This document shows positions 53,022-64,000 of a DNA stretch of 64,000 nucleotides, one piece after another; within the stretch, counting starts at the first letter, position 1, and each line of letters starts with the position of its first letter. The DNA is from an uncultured Nitrososphaerota archaeon (GTDB lineage Archaea > Thermoproteota > Nitrososphaeria > Nitrososphaerales > Nitrosopumilaceae), in assembly GCA_963701075.1 (NCBI GenBank), contig OY969559.1, positions 416,001-480,000 of the forward strand, in the 5' to 3' direction. Under the pieces are notes generated by a model. That model ran no database searches. It had not been told where the DNA came from and worked only from the letters and a program-made list of their open reading frames with translations. A program made the translations under genes and the position numbers.

Positions 53022-53340
53022 TTAATCTCCAGAAATTGCTTTTCGTTCCCAATAATAGCACTTGGCATCTCGCTCTTTGGTTTCACCTTTCAATTTATTG
53101 TGAAATTCCCACGGAACCAGACTATCTCTTTTCTTGTTGATTATGCATTCTTTAATCATGCCGCAAATAATATCCGTGACCTGAATGGGTTCTGATTCAT
53201 GAGAGTCTTTTTCTGCATGTAATGGAGTATGTTCGCTTCCAGCAGACAATATTTTTACAAATTGCTTTATTATTTTATCTGGCGTCAAGGGCGAAAAATC
53301 TGCGTCGCAGTGTATTGGAACATCATTAGACAATCCAAAG
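53022..53340 (-). pseudogene. C-terminal half of a DUF3800-like RNase H-fold protein
   Basis: IHCD...KDSHESEPIQVTDIICG matches the DS...IQxADxxxG signature; the N-terminal DE strand is missing. Confidence 0.65.
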
Positions 53341-53588
53341 AGTTTTTTCCTCCTCCTACAACAGAAATTTTTCAATTTGCAAGAGATTTGACTGCAGGAG
53401 ATTCACAAATAAAGAATATGGATGCATTGATAGCTTCTCATGCTTTAACTGATCCAAAATCAACACGACTGATTACTGGTGACAAAAATTTATTGAATTC
53501 CACAGCTGTGAGAAAAATAGAATCTGATCTTCAAGACGATGGTAAAAGAGAAATGGAATTGAGGATTACCGATGGATTAGGACACTAG
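53341..53588 (+). pseudogene. C-terminal half of a PIN-domain protein
   Basis: MDALIASHAL......LITGD..L. Confidence 0.65.
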
Positions 53589-53774
53589 TTTAGCAGACTT
53601 GAGATCTTTGAATACTTTTTTGATATAGTCAAGACTATAGTCACATTTTATACATTCAACATGCTTGACTAGCTCGTTTTCATTATCGAATCTGCTTTTC
53701 TGTTCTAAAATGGTACTTGCAATCTCTAACCAGTTTGTATCCCTAGATTTGACTAGATTTGTGAAATTCGTCAT
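53577..53774 (-). CDS. Hypothetical protein
   Basis: 65-aa ORF only. Confidence 0.4.
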   Translation of the reverse strand: MTNFTNLVKSRDTNWLEIASTILEQKSRFDNENELVKHVECIKCDYSLDYIKKVFKDLKSAKLVS

Positions 53775-53871
53775 TTAGATGCATTAAAACGGCTTGTTTT
53801 TCGAGTTAGTCAACAAAGCATTTGATTATAACCTGCAAACTTTATCCTAGTATCACGATCTGCCAATCTCC

Positions 53872-54057
53872 ATGCAGAGGTTAAAAATTGGAGACAAGGT
53901 TAAGACAATTCACAAAGGAAAGGAAGAAGCCCAGACTTACACGATCTTGGACATCCTTGAGGATTATGGTGGCAATTCATATTGGTTCAAGGGAGAATCT
54001 GGAAAAATGGTGCTAGAGAGTGAAACTCCTGAAACGGTTTTTGAGAGAGTTAACTAG
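53872..54057 (+). CDS. Small SH3/KOW-like hypothetical protein
   Basis: LKIGDKVK N-terminus. Confidence 0.5.
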   Translation: MQRLKIGDKVKTIHKGKEEAQTYTILDILEDYGGNSYWFKGESGKMVLESETPETVFERVN

Positions 54058-54121
54058 TTTATTCTGTGATGAGGTCAGACAACTCTCTTAGATTCTGTTG
54101 TTTGTGAATAAAAAATGCTGA

Positions 54122-55198
54122 TCAGAAGCTAATTTCCTTATACTCCAAGCCATCTTGAACAAGCAGTAATTTCAAATTCTCTGGTATTTTAGGAGCAACA
54201 AGGATGAATCTAGCATCTGTTCTTCCCATTTTATGCATGTAATCATTTTTGTAACCTAGCAGTTGCCTTTTTGCAGAAGTGGTAGCTGCTGGATATTTCA
54301 ATTCTACACCTACAGCTTGCCCAGACGAACTTCTACAGATAAAGTCAATTTTTCCAGTAGCTAATTCATATTCATTTTGTTCTAGTAAAAGTCCTTCCTC
54401 AATTTGGTTCAAGCTATTCATAATGAATTCATGGTATTCACGTTCTTTCTTTGTTCTGCCTTCCAATCTGTTTCTTAGCCAATCAGCGTTTTCTACATAA
54501 CTGTAGATCCACTCGTATTCAGGCAAAAGATAATAGCCTTCTATCTTTTTTTGTTCAATTAATCCATTCTCTAATAGTTTCTCTAGAAATCTAGAATACG
54601 ATGACATTGGTATGCCATGAGAAACCATTTGGTCTTCCTCTGCGTCAGGCGCCAATCCACCGTTTAGTAATTTTATCAGCTTACACTGCCAGTTTAACGT
54701 ATTTATTTTGGAGGTTTCAAATATGCTAGATAGCACCTCCATTCTTTCTGCTATTTCATCCACACCTAGCATACTCTCAATTCTTTGCCGCAATTTTTCA
54801 AACTCTTCTTTTGATACGCTATTTTCTGTAATGTGATTATTTGCAACTTGTACAATTTCTTCTGTTGCATTTTTTACCATGAGTTCTTTTGTTTTGTTTA
54901 AATCCTCTGTAGTGGTAGTACTGAATTTATTCATCTGCTCTTCCATGCCAGTTTTAAAAATAGTAAAATCGTTACAAAGTTTCTTAACATTTTCGTTTAA
55001 AGATGCCACTTCATTGAAATGAGGAGCAGAAACTTTGACGTTTGTAAGGTCTGATGACATTTGATTTAGATTTTCTTTAAGTTTTGAAACAGCTCTGCGT
55101 TGTATTCCATAGAAAATTACGCATATCACAATAGCTGCTATAATGGCCACAATAAATGCCGATGCAGCATCTATCTGAAGGTAATAGCTTCCAATCAA
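54122..55198 (-). CDS. Membrane-anchored coiled-coil protein with C-terminal NucS/DUF91-like endonuclease
   Basis: N-terminal TM helix, coiled coil, E..Y..FI..., GKIDF....VGVELK, QL.GY. Confidence 0.75.
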   Translation of the reverse strand: MIGSYYLQIDAASAFIVAIIAAIVICVIFYGIQRRAVSKLKENLNQMSSDLTNVKVSAPHFNEVASLNENVKKLCNDFTIFKTGMEEQMNKFSTTTTEDLNKTKELMVKNATEEIVQVANNHITENSVSKEEFEKLRQRIESMLGVDEIAERMEVLSSIFETSKINTLNWQCKLIKLLNGGLAPDAEEDQMVSHGIPMSSYSRFLEKLLENGLIEQKKIEGYYLLPEYEWIYSYVENADWLRNRLEGRTKKEREYHEFIMNSLNQIEEGLLLEQNEYELATGKIDFICRSSSGQAVGVELKYPAATTSAKRQLLGYKNDYMHKMGRTDARFILVAPKIPENLKLLLVQDGLEYKEISF

Positions 55199-55349
55199 GT
55201 ACTTAGAATTTGTGAACAGGATAGATATTTTTTGTCCTTTAGTTAGTAGACAGACTAGGCATCTTTAGGGGTATCCATTGGATGGATCTGGGCTTGCCTT
55301 GAGATTTTACAGATACAAAAAGGATCTGTATTAAGAGACATGAATTTGA

Positions 55350-58300
55350 TCAATTTACTTTACGAATATCTTCTATTCTGGAGACTATACGATTAATCTC
55401 TTTTTGAGGGTCTTTCCACCAATTAGTGCTCCAAATCCTCTCTATCTTCCAACCTCTTCCTTCTAGAAATTCTTGGCGCATGACATCTCTTTCACGAGTA
55501 CTCTTAGCCGAATGAAAGTTTGCACCATCGCACTCTATTCCTAAAATGTATTTAGATGTGTCTTGCGGATGTACAACTGCCAAATCTATTCTATATCCTG
55601 AAAGCCCTACTTGAGTATCTATGGAATATCCATGTGAAACTAGTTTGTCATATACCATCTCCTCAAATTTACTGTCGAAAATCTTAAAACTGTCCGAAGT
55701 TCTGTTTGCACCATCACTTAGCGATAAGAGAATTTGCTCTTTTTTATCCTTGTTTGATTCGCTTACAGCTTTGGCATATTCTAGATATTCTTTGAGTCTT
55801 TGTCTTCCAGAATTTTTCTTCACGTCTGGCGTCATTCCAGATGGATCTATTGATGCAATCACAACAATTTCTTCCCTTGCACGAGTTACCGCCACATTTA
55901 GCCTGTTTTCCCCACCTTCTTGATTTAGGGTTCCAAAATTGTATCTGAATTTGCCTTCCACATCCTTTGCATATGCTATTGAAAATATTATGATATCTCG
56001 TTCATCTCCCTGTACGTTTTCAATGTTTTTTATAAATATCTCATCATCTTTTTTCTTGCTCAACGGATTCTTTGCTAAGCTGATATACTTGATCAAATTC
56101 TGGATCTTCAGATATTCTCTTATCAATTTCATCTTGAATTGCAATCTGTTGTTTTTCATTAAAGGTAATTACTCCAACCGATGGTGGGGGACTTCTTGTC
56201 ATGTTTTGCTGTAAAATGTTTTTTATCTCGTCTACTACTCTTACAGCTTCAACAGAATTGATGTTATTTTGCCAAGTGCCATTTACATTAATCCATCTTA
56301 TGGGAATTGTCTTTGGATTTCGAATTACATCTGGTGCAACTTGGAGTCTTCCTTCATAAAATGCGTGATTTGAAAAGTCTATGAGATCTTGTGATTTTGA
56401 TCTATAATGCCAATAGAGGGGTCTGAAGTTATAGAAACGCTTTGCCAAGATGAAAAGAGACTCTGAGCTTATTGGTTCGTCTTCATCTTGCTCGTCAGTT
56501 TCATTTTTCATTCTAAACAAGTCAAATGGACGGAGTTGCTTTTCATCTCCTGCAATTACAATTCGCTTCCCTCGATATAGACTTGGAATAGATTCTTCTA
56601 CAGGACATTGGCTTGCCTCATCGTATACAATCAGGTCAAAAAGACTCCTTTCAAGCGGGAATACTTCAGAAACTGCCTGTGGAGTCATAAGCCAACAAGG
56701 AGCTATTGAGAGCAAGATCTCCCTATACTCTTCAAATAACCTACGAAGAGGCTTTAGTTTTCGTTGTTTGCCTACATCTGAAGTAAATTTTGACCACTTG
56801 ATCTCTTCGGGACTCTTTCGTTTGTATTTTGGAATGGATCTGATCTTGAGCTGAAGCTCGGCAACAAGCTTTCTTTTCAATAGACCTCTCTTATTGAACA
56901 AAAGTTCCTTGAGTCTATTTTTTTGTTGAATATAGCTTTCAAAGGGATTTCCTTGCAGTATCGGATTTTCTTTTTGGATATAGTCTATCCAATGCGCGTA
57001 AACCTCATCTTTTACTAACTGTTCCCATGGTACATGATGAGTTGTAAAATCTGCCGCACACAATGAAATGATTGCCTTTTGAGTATCATTTAGATCTCTT
57101 ATCTTGCTGTCAAGGGCTTGAATATCCGTAATGTCATTCAATGTATTTTTTAATGCTAATACAAAATCTTTGATTCGTTCCAAGGATTCTGATTTTAGGC
57201 CATTTATGAAATCGTCTTTTAGCACAGATCTGAGTATCTCTAATCCATTTCGTAGTGATAATTCAGATTGAGTTTTTTCTGTTATCTGATCAAGATTTTC
57301 GTTTTTCTCAAGTTTTCTTTTCAATATCTCTTCTGTAAATTGTATAGACTTCTTTCTTTTCTTTATTAAATGAGCTAAAAAATCCGGTCTTAGTTTTTAG
57401 AATATGAATTGATGTATCTAATCTTGTTAATTTCTGCATGTTCATGTCAAACATTTCTTTTTCTGATAAACCAAGAAGTTTGTCAAGATTTTCTGAAAAT
57501 TGGCGTTGTTCTAATGATGAAAAATTAGATAGATCTTTTCTGGAAAACCACGGGTGATTTACTACACTGAACCTAATTGAGCTTTGTTGAATTAAAGGAA
57601 TTATTGATAGTAACTGATCCAACTCATTTATGGTTAGTTTATCTGCTATTCCCCTCAAATTCAATTTTGGAACATAGTTAGTGGTTATGGATACATAGAG
57701 CTGATGTATTGTTATGCCTCCAAAATATGGTTTTGATAATGCACGGACAAGACTTGATTGCTTTTCTACAAGTTTGTCTATATCGCCTGAGGTAAAATTG
57801 ACATCCATAGTATTTTGAATTGCTTCATGCCTTGAAACCTCAGATTCTAGAAATCTGCTCAGTCTTCGATAAAGTGTAGATTTGTCTCTGTTCGAGTCTT
57901 CAATTAATGAGATATAGTCTCCTAATCCCTCTTTTTCTAATCTTTGGGCCACGACATCAAGGGCAGCTCTTTTTTGACAGACTACAAGAACTCGCTGGTT
58001 TTTGCTTAATGCATTTGCGATCAAATTTGCAATGACTTGAGATTTTCCAGTTCCCGGAGGCCCTCTTACAACCGTACACTCTTGGGTTTGAGAGGCAAGA
58101 AGAACCTCGTCTTGACTTGAATCGCTTGGCAAGATTGTATTGAGGTCCCTGTCTGGAACCCTATCAAGATCTATCTCCTCTGCTTCTTTGCTTGACGATG
58201 AGTCCCATTGGTTTTCTTCGGATGATGTCTCTAGCAAATCATCGATGATTCCTTGTTCGTCATATCCGTTCAAGGCTTTGGCAATTAGTATGTCATAATC

Positions 58301-59098
58301 AGCAGATATTGCAGAGTTTCCCTGTTGAAATATTCCAAGTATAACACTATTTTTAATATGTAATCCATTTTTTTCTAGGTTTATCATGTCATCTTTTTTT
58401 ATTGATGTAAGTGATACAATTTTGTCTTGAAAATCTTTGTTATATCTAAAGCCAAATGAATCCAAAATCTCGTATAATCCCATTATGAATTTACTCTGAA
58501 AATCTGGCAAGTCTTCATCTAATATTTTTTCAAACAATTCTGTGAATTTATCTTCCAAATTTTCTAAAAACTCTGTATATCCTTTTGATTTTAAGAAACT
58601 AAAAAGAGCCTTGTTAACTGTTGGAGTTCTGTCCTGATCCTGATGTATGTACCAACCAGTTGGTTTTTTTGTTTTTTCTAATTCTAATGTGACAGGAAAT
58701 AATACCAATGGAGCTCGTATGTATGTCAGGTTATCATGCAAAAAGCCCTCAATGAATGGAAAACCCAAAAATAAAGTATACTGACCTGTTTCGTCTTGAA
58801 TAAAGTTTGTAGTTCTATAAAGCGTTCTTAGTTTTCCACTGTTTTTTATTGCTTCATCTGTAGGATCTGAACTTTTAACAATGCATACACTTTTCTTATT
58901 TTTTAAGAGTAATTCAAATAAATTTCCTGCTAAATCTTCAAAATTTTCAAGTGTTGCTAAATCAAATGACTTTCGTTCAATTATTTTTCTTAAAAAAATT
59001 GAAATGTCTCTTGCATCAACCTTTTCTGCCTTGTCTTTGAATTGTTTTAGTCGATAAGCGAGTTTTTGTCCATTTTTATCAGCAGATGTATTTTGCAA
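55350..59098 (-). CDS. DUF4011 - SF1 (Upf1/Dna2-like) helicase - Vsr-like nuclease (Hhe-like defence protein), split by two frameshifts
   Basis: LFLGFPF..G....RAPL.L.PV.L, D.SQ, GPPGTGKSQ, DEASQ, GDEKQL.P, HYRS, NVQGDERD, RLNVAVTRAR, YRIDL...GIECDG..FHS...RD. Confidence 0.85.
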
Positions 59099-59318
59099 CT
59101 ATGTTACTATGAACCATAAAGATAATTACTTATCTCAAAAATTCATTTCAACGAGATTTTGATCTAACATTATATCTAAGATGTATAATTTCAAGATATA
59201 TTGCAGATCAGTCTAAATCCTCAACAGGTAGAGGCGGTAACTCATACAGGAAGCCCACTCCTAGTGACAATAGGACCTGAAAATGGTTAAGCATTTTTGA
59301 CATACTAGAGCTCTTTCT

Positions 59319-60355
59319 CTATTTTATACTGTCTTCAACAATTTTTTGTTCTGCTTCATCTAATCCATAAATTTTGAAAATTATGTCGTTAATTTCAGAT
59401 TCATTGTCTTTCATCTGAGCAATTATCTGTTCTCGTTCCTCTGTTTTCTTTTCTCCCAATTCATTGAGTTGCATTGCAAAAGAAACCTGTTTTCGTGATA
59501 GTTCACTGAGCAACTTTACTTGATTCTCTTCAGGAATTACTATAGGAAAGTTTTCAATAAATCGTTTGCCATAAGAATAAAATCCACTTTCAAAAGGCGT
59601 ACTAGTTTTTTTAAGATAAAATTCTAAAACTTTTGAATTCAATAAGGCTAGAATTACAGGATAATATTTCACATATTCCTCTTTTAATATGATTCCAAAA
59701 CCACCAGCATTTCCACCACCTACAAAATAGAATTTCCCGCTCTCATCTAATGCGAATGAATTGGTGGATGCCAATACTTGAGTTATTATTTTGGCTTGTT
59801 CAAATTGTTCCATGCTTCGTGCCCTTCTACATCTATACCAATTTGTATCATCTACTGCCTCACTTGTATCAGATGACATCAATTCTGTTTTATAATGAAC
59901 AAAATATTGATAAGCATAAGGATATTTTGTCTTAATCTTTTCAACTGGAATTAAAGAGTTTACACCATTTTGTTCTTCGTATGGATATATGGAATATGCA
60001 TTTTGCCAATCAATGTGCCATTTTCTTATTTCTTTACCTTTCAATAATTTTTTCAATATTCCCTTTTCTATTGTATGGCTTGATTTATCATGGTTATTTT
60101 CTACAATAACTAAATCTCCTTTATCTTCCTTAATTGTAACAAAAAATAATTTATCTCGACCTGTAAGGAGACCTTGAAAGATATCTTTTGAAATATCTAA
60201 TAATCTCAGTTTGATTTTTTCCAAATTGTTCATTAATTTATTACTGCCACCCGTAGTGAAATTCCAAGGATTATCCCCAGAAGGTAGATTCATCTTTGCA
60301 TGGCTGAATATATCTGGGGATAGAACCTTTGTTCTTTCTAATTTTTCTTTATTTT
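59319..60355 (-). pseudogene. Type IIG R-M enzyme, 3' part (target recognition domain), displaced by inversion
   Basis: IFQGL.TG, LLKGKEI..W, ALLNS, IFKIYGL..E; rejoins 35870 in frame through the AAA duplication. Confidence 0.9.
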
Positions 60356-61229
60356 CAACTCATCCTAAAACCCTCCAATACATCATTATTCCAGTAATGT
60401 TAAGAAATGCCAGATAATTTTCTGCAATTCTCTCATATCTGATTCTAATTCTGTGGAATCCACATTTGAGCCATGCAAAGAATCTCTCCACCACGTATCT
60501 TGTCCTGTTGTAATTACTCTGACTTTTCTTATTGTTGTTATTTTTGAAATTTCTGGATGGAATGCAGTCCCTGATGTTTCTATTCTTTAGATACTCTCTA
60601 ATCTTTTTTGCATCATAACCCTTGTCTGCATATACAGCTACGATCTGTTCTATGGAATCATCATCAAGATATTCAGAGATGTTTTCCATCACATCGATGA
60701 GCTTTGTTGAATCATGCTCATTTGCAGGACCAATAATTATTGATACTGGAAGTGAATTGCAATCTACTGCAACATGTATTTTCGTGCCTGATATTCTTTT
60801 GAATCCGTCGTATCCTGTCACATCTCCCCTTTTTTGGCTGCAACAGTTGACGAATCAACCGATACCTTTTGCAGCTGTATCTTCCCTGAATGGTGTGCTG
60901 ATTTTATTGCATCAGATAAGATATTTTGCCAGATTCCTTTTTGCTGCCATTTCTGCAATCTGAGATGAGCAGTTGATTTTGAGCCGTATCTTTTTGGCAT
61001 CTCCTCCCACCTGCAGCCGGTAACCAGAATAAACATGATTCCATTTATTGTGGTACGGTCATCACACCTTGGTCTGCCTGTTCTGGCAGGCGATGGAAGG
61101 TGTTTTTGTATTGTTTCCCATTGTTTGTCTGAGATTTCTTGGAATTTCATGGAATCAGTGTGATTATTCCATCTGATAGATCCAGTGATCGTCAAAAATT
61201 TACTAAATGATCAGTTTTAGGATGAGTTG
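60356..61229 (-). mobile_element. IS5-family insertion sequence, copy 2 (874 bp, inverted)
   Basis: Near-identical to 35871-36744 with the same TIRs; VAV versus VTV difference in orfB. Confidence 0.95.
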
Positions 61230-61615
61230 GTTATACCATTAAGGTTTGCATTAAGTAAAACTGCATTAGCGAGGTTTGCACCATTGAGGTCTGCACCACT
61301 GAGGTTTGCACCAACAAAGTTTGTACCATTGAGGTTTGCATCACTTAGGTTTGCACCACTAAGATTTGCATCACTTAGGTTTGCACCACTGAGTTTTGCA
61401 CCACTAAGATTTGCACTACTGAGGTTTGCACCATTGAGGTCTGCACCACTGAGGTTTACGCCGATAAAATTACACCCATGCAGGTCAACGTTTGGGCCAC
61501 TTGCTGCACAACTCTCAGCAAAGGTATTCCTCATGGGATTGCCTTCTATGGCTAACCCTACTGCACAGATTGTTGCCACTCCTATAGCAATGTATACAAG
61601 CGTCTTTCTGGTCAT
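61230..61615 (-). pseudogene. Secreted pentapeptide-repeat protein, 5' part, interrupted by IS5
   Basis: Signal peptide and about 16 A(N/D)Lxx repeats (15-bp DNA period); ends at the TIR. Confidence 0.9.
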
Positions 61616-62074
61616 CTAAGATCAATAGGTGTACTGTCTGAGCCTATTTTAGTTGAGAAGGCAAATATCAAAAATGATAACAAAGTCATTGTTTTCAATC
61701 GTTTAAAAATCTAATACAAGATATCTTAGAGCTGTCTCTAATTCCTTTACGATCTTTTTGCTTTGAAGGTTTGATATAGTTAGAGACATAGGAAATTATT
61801 TGTTTTACAGAATATAACAAGTAGGACTGCATCGCACGGCACTGTATGCGGGTCGGATAAGAATTGACGAATTTTGATCTTGAAGAGAACTTGTTCTCAA
61901 ATGTGATATCTAACCGGTCTTGGAAGTCCGCAGGTAAATAATCTTGTTCCGTATTGTTGAAAAGTTAATCTTCTGGTGATATGACGCTACCATGTTGGGG
62001 TTGGGTTTAATCAAACAGTTGAAGAGTATGGAATTATTTCTGATACAATCATTTACAAACGTCTTGGGAGTGCT

Positions 62075-64000
62075 ATGAGTGACTTGTCCGCAACAACAAA
62101 TAACAAAGATGACATTGGAAAAGGACTGGGAACGGAAGAGGCCAAAAAAAGATTGGCACAATATGGCTATAACGAGGTTCCGGAGAAGAAGACAAATTTC
62201 CTTATAACGATAGCAAAGTGCTTTTGGGGTATTGTTCCATGGATGCTTGAAGCTACAGCATCTTTCACGTGGTTTTTGGGGCAGTATCCTGACACAATCA
62301 TTATTGTAGTTCTGCTTTTCTTCAATGCTGCAATATCCATTATGCAACAGAGAAGAGCAAGTGTAGCAATGGCGGCTCTCAAACAGAGGTTGAGTATTCA
62401 GAGCAGGGTAAAAAGAGATGGCACGTGGTCAATTATTCCTGCAAGAGATCTTGTGCCCGGAGACCTCATCAGAGTCAGAGCAGGAGACATTCTACCCGCT
62501 GACATAAAAATTGTCAGTGGAAATATGGATGCTGATCAATCGGCACTCACTGGTGAATCAGCAACGGTAGAAAAGTCTGATGGAGAATCAGTCTATTCTG
62601 GTTCTACCGTGAAACGTGGAGAGGTCACTGGAATCGTGGATGCCACGGGAACAAGAACCTATTTCGGAAAAACAGTCGATCTAGTTGATTTGGCACAACC
62701 AAAATTGCATATGGAGGAATTTACCGTCAGAATTGCACGACGACTTGTGATAATAGCCATCGCATCTCTTCTAATTGCCTTTGCCTATGGTCTTCTGATA
62801 GGTTTCCAGTTTGCTGGGTTATTGACTATTGCTGTAGTACTTTTAATTTCCTCAGTACCTGTATCGATGCCAACCATGCTCACTTTGAACATGGTATTGG
62901 GTGCATCGGTGCTTGCAAAGAAGGGTGTTCTTGTTACAAGGCTCAGTGCAAGCGAGGACGCGGCTGTAATGGATGTCCTTTGCGTAGACAAGACAGGCAC
63001 AATGACGATGAATAAGCTCAGCGTTGAAGAAGAATTTCCAGTTAACGGATTTGGAAAAAATGATGTCATACTTTACGGTGCCCTTGCTTCAAACGAAGCA
63101 GATCAAGATCCCATAGACCTGGCATTTCTAGCAGCAGCTAAAGAGGCGCATATCTCACTAGATGGTTACTCCCAGACAGAATTTGTGCCATTTGATCCGC
63201 AGACTAGGATGACAGGATCTAAAGTTCAGAAATCTGGTGAAAAGATCTACGTAAGGAAGGGTTCATTCAAAGTTATCTGTTCTTACTGCAAAATGACGGA
63301 TGAGAACATAGCATCTTTGAGCAAGGACGCAGAGGCTCTCTCAACAAAAGGACTGAGGGTGATAGCAGTTGCCAAAGAGAATCAGGAAGGAAGATTTGAG
63401 CTGAGTCGGTCTTGCAGGTGTTGCAGACAGGATAAGAGAAGACTCTCGCCAGACAGTCTTGCAACTCGATGATTTTGGAGTATCTGTGAAGATGCTTACA
63501 GGAGATGCGCTTCCAATCGCAAGGAATATCGCACCCCAGATAGGTCTTGGCGATAACATCATCAGGATGCCCAATATGCAAGATGCGCAGAATCGAAACT
63601 TGTCAGGCTCCATGATAGAAGAAAGCAGCGGTGTGGCTGAGATCTACCCCGAGGACAAGTATGCCATAGTCAAGAGTCTCCAGAGCAGGGGACATGTAGT
63701 TGGAATGACTGGAGACGGAGTCAATGATGCGCCAGCTCTGAAGCAGGCGGAAGTAGGAATAGCGGTCATAAACGCAACGGATATTGCAAAGGACTCGGCA
63801 AGTGCGGTGCTTGTAACGGGGGGACTTGGAGGCATACTTGCTATGATCAAGACTGGCAGGGCGATTTACCAAAGAATATTCAGTTGGGTACTCAACATGA
63901 TAACAAAAAAGATTTTCAAGTTGGTGTATATTGTATCCATGTTATTTCTCACTCACAATCTGGTTATCTCGATATTTGCCACGGTACTACTGATGTTTGT
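62075..64000 (+). CDS. P-type ATPase, P3A plasma-membrane H+-ATPase-like; frameshift near 63404; runs off the window
   Basis: LTGES, PVSMPT, CVDKTGT, DPID, PFDP, KG; second frame continues with MLTGD, PEDK, MTGDGVNDAPAL. Confidence 0.88.

Noticed and set aside
59225-59270. Possible IS200/IS605 end remnant (caggaagcccactcc)
   Set aside because: Too short, no complete hairpin and no tnpA/tnpB nearby
36745-60355. Complete provirus
   Set aside because: No integrase, portal, capsid, tail or att/tRNA site is recognisable
61230-61460. 15-bp tandem DNA repeat and + strand ORF 61227..61619
   Set aside because: Explained by pentapeptide coding on the minus strand; the + ORF is its shadow

Overview
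Archaeal DNA, most consistent with a Nitrosotalea-like ammonia-oxidising thaumarchaeon (inferred from a PEFG-CTERM sorting signal, egsA, psmB-aCPSF1, sepF and DUF6659). Bases 1-13.2 kb hold a phosphate/polyphosphate cluster: a tandem Tmk-like pair (probable PPK3), sixA, ppx, CHAD, an AbrB-PhoU regulator, pstCAB-phoU and two pstS, with a recurring CTATATAG motif upstream. Bases 13-31 kb are core genes interspersed with toxin-antitoxin cassettes. Bases 31-62 kb are an accessory/defence island. Two inverted 874-bp IS5 copies bracket a 23.6-kb inversion that split a type IIG R-M gene and a pentapeptide gene, shown by swapped 3-bp target duplications. The inverted block carries an IS701-disrupted doc, many TA genes, an orphan terminase pair, a solo Cas4-like nuclease, an Hhe-like helicase-nuclease and a membrane-anchored NucS-like nuclease. 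Its most striking feature is two tandem cloverleaf-like small RNA units, each with its own predicted promoter, next to a DUF3800-like RNase H-fold gene remnant. Many genes carry net +1 frameshifts that look like assembly errors. All family calls come from reading motifs by eye; no database searches were run.
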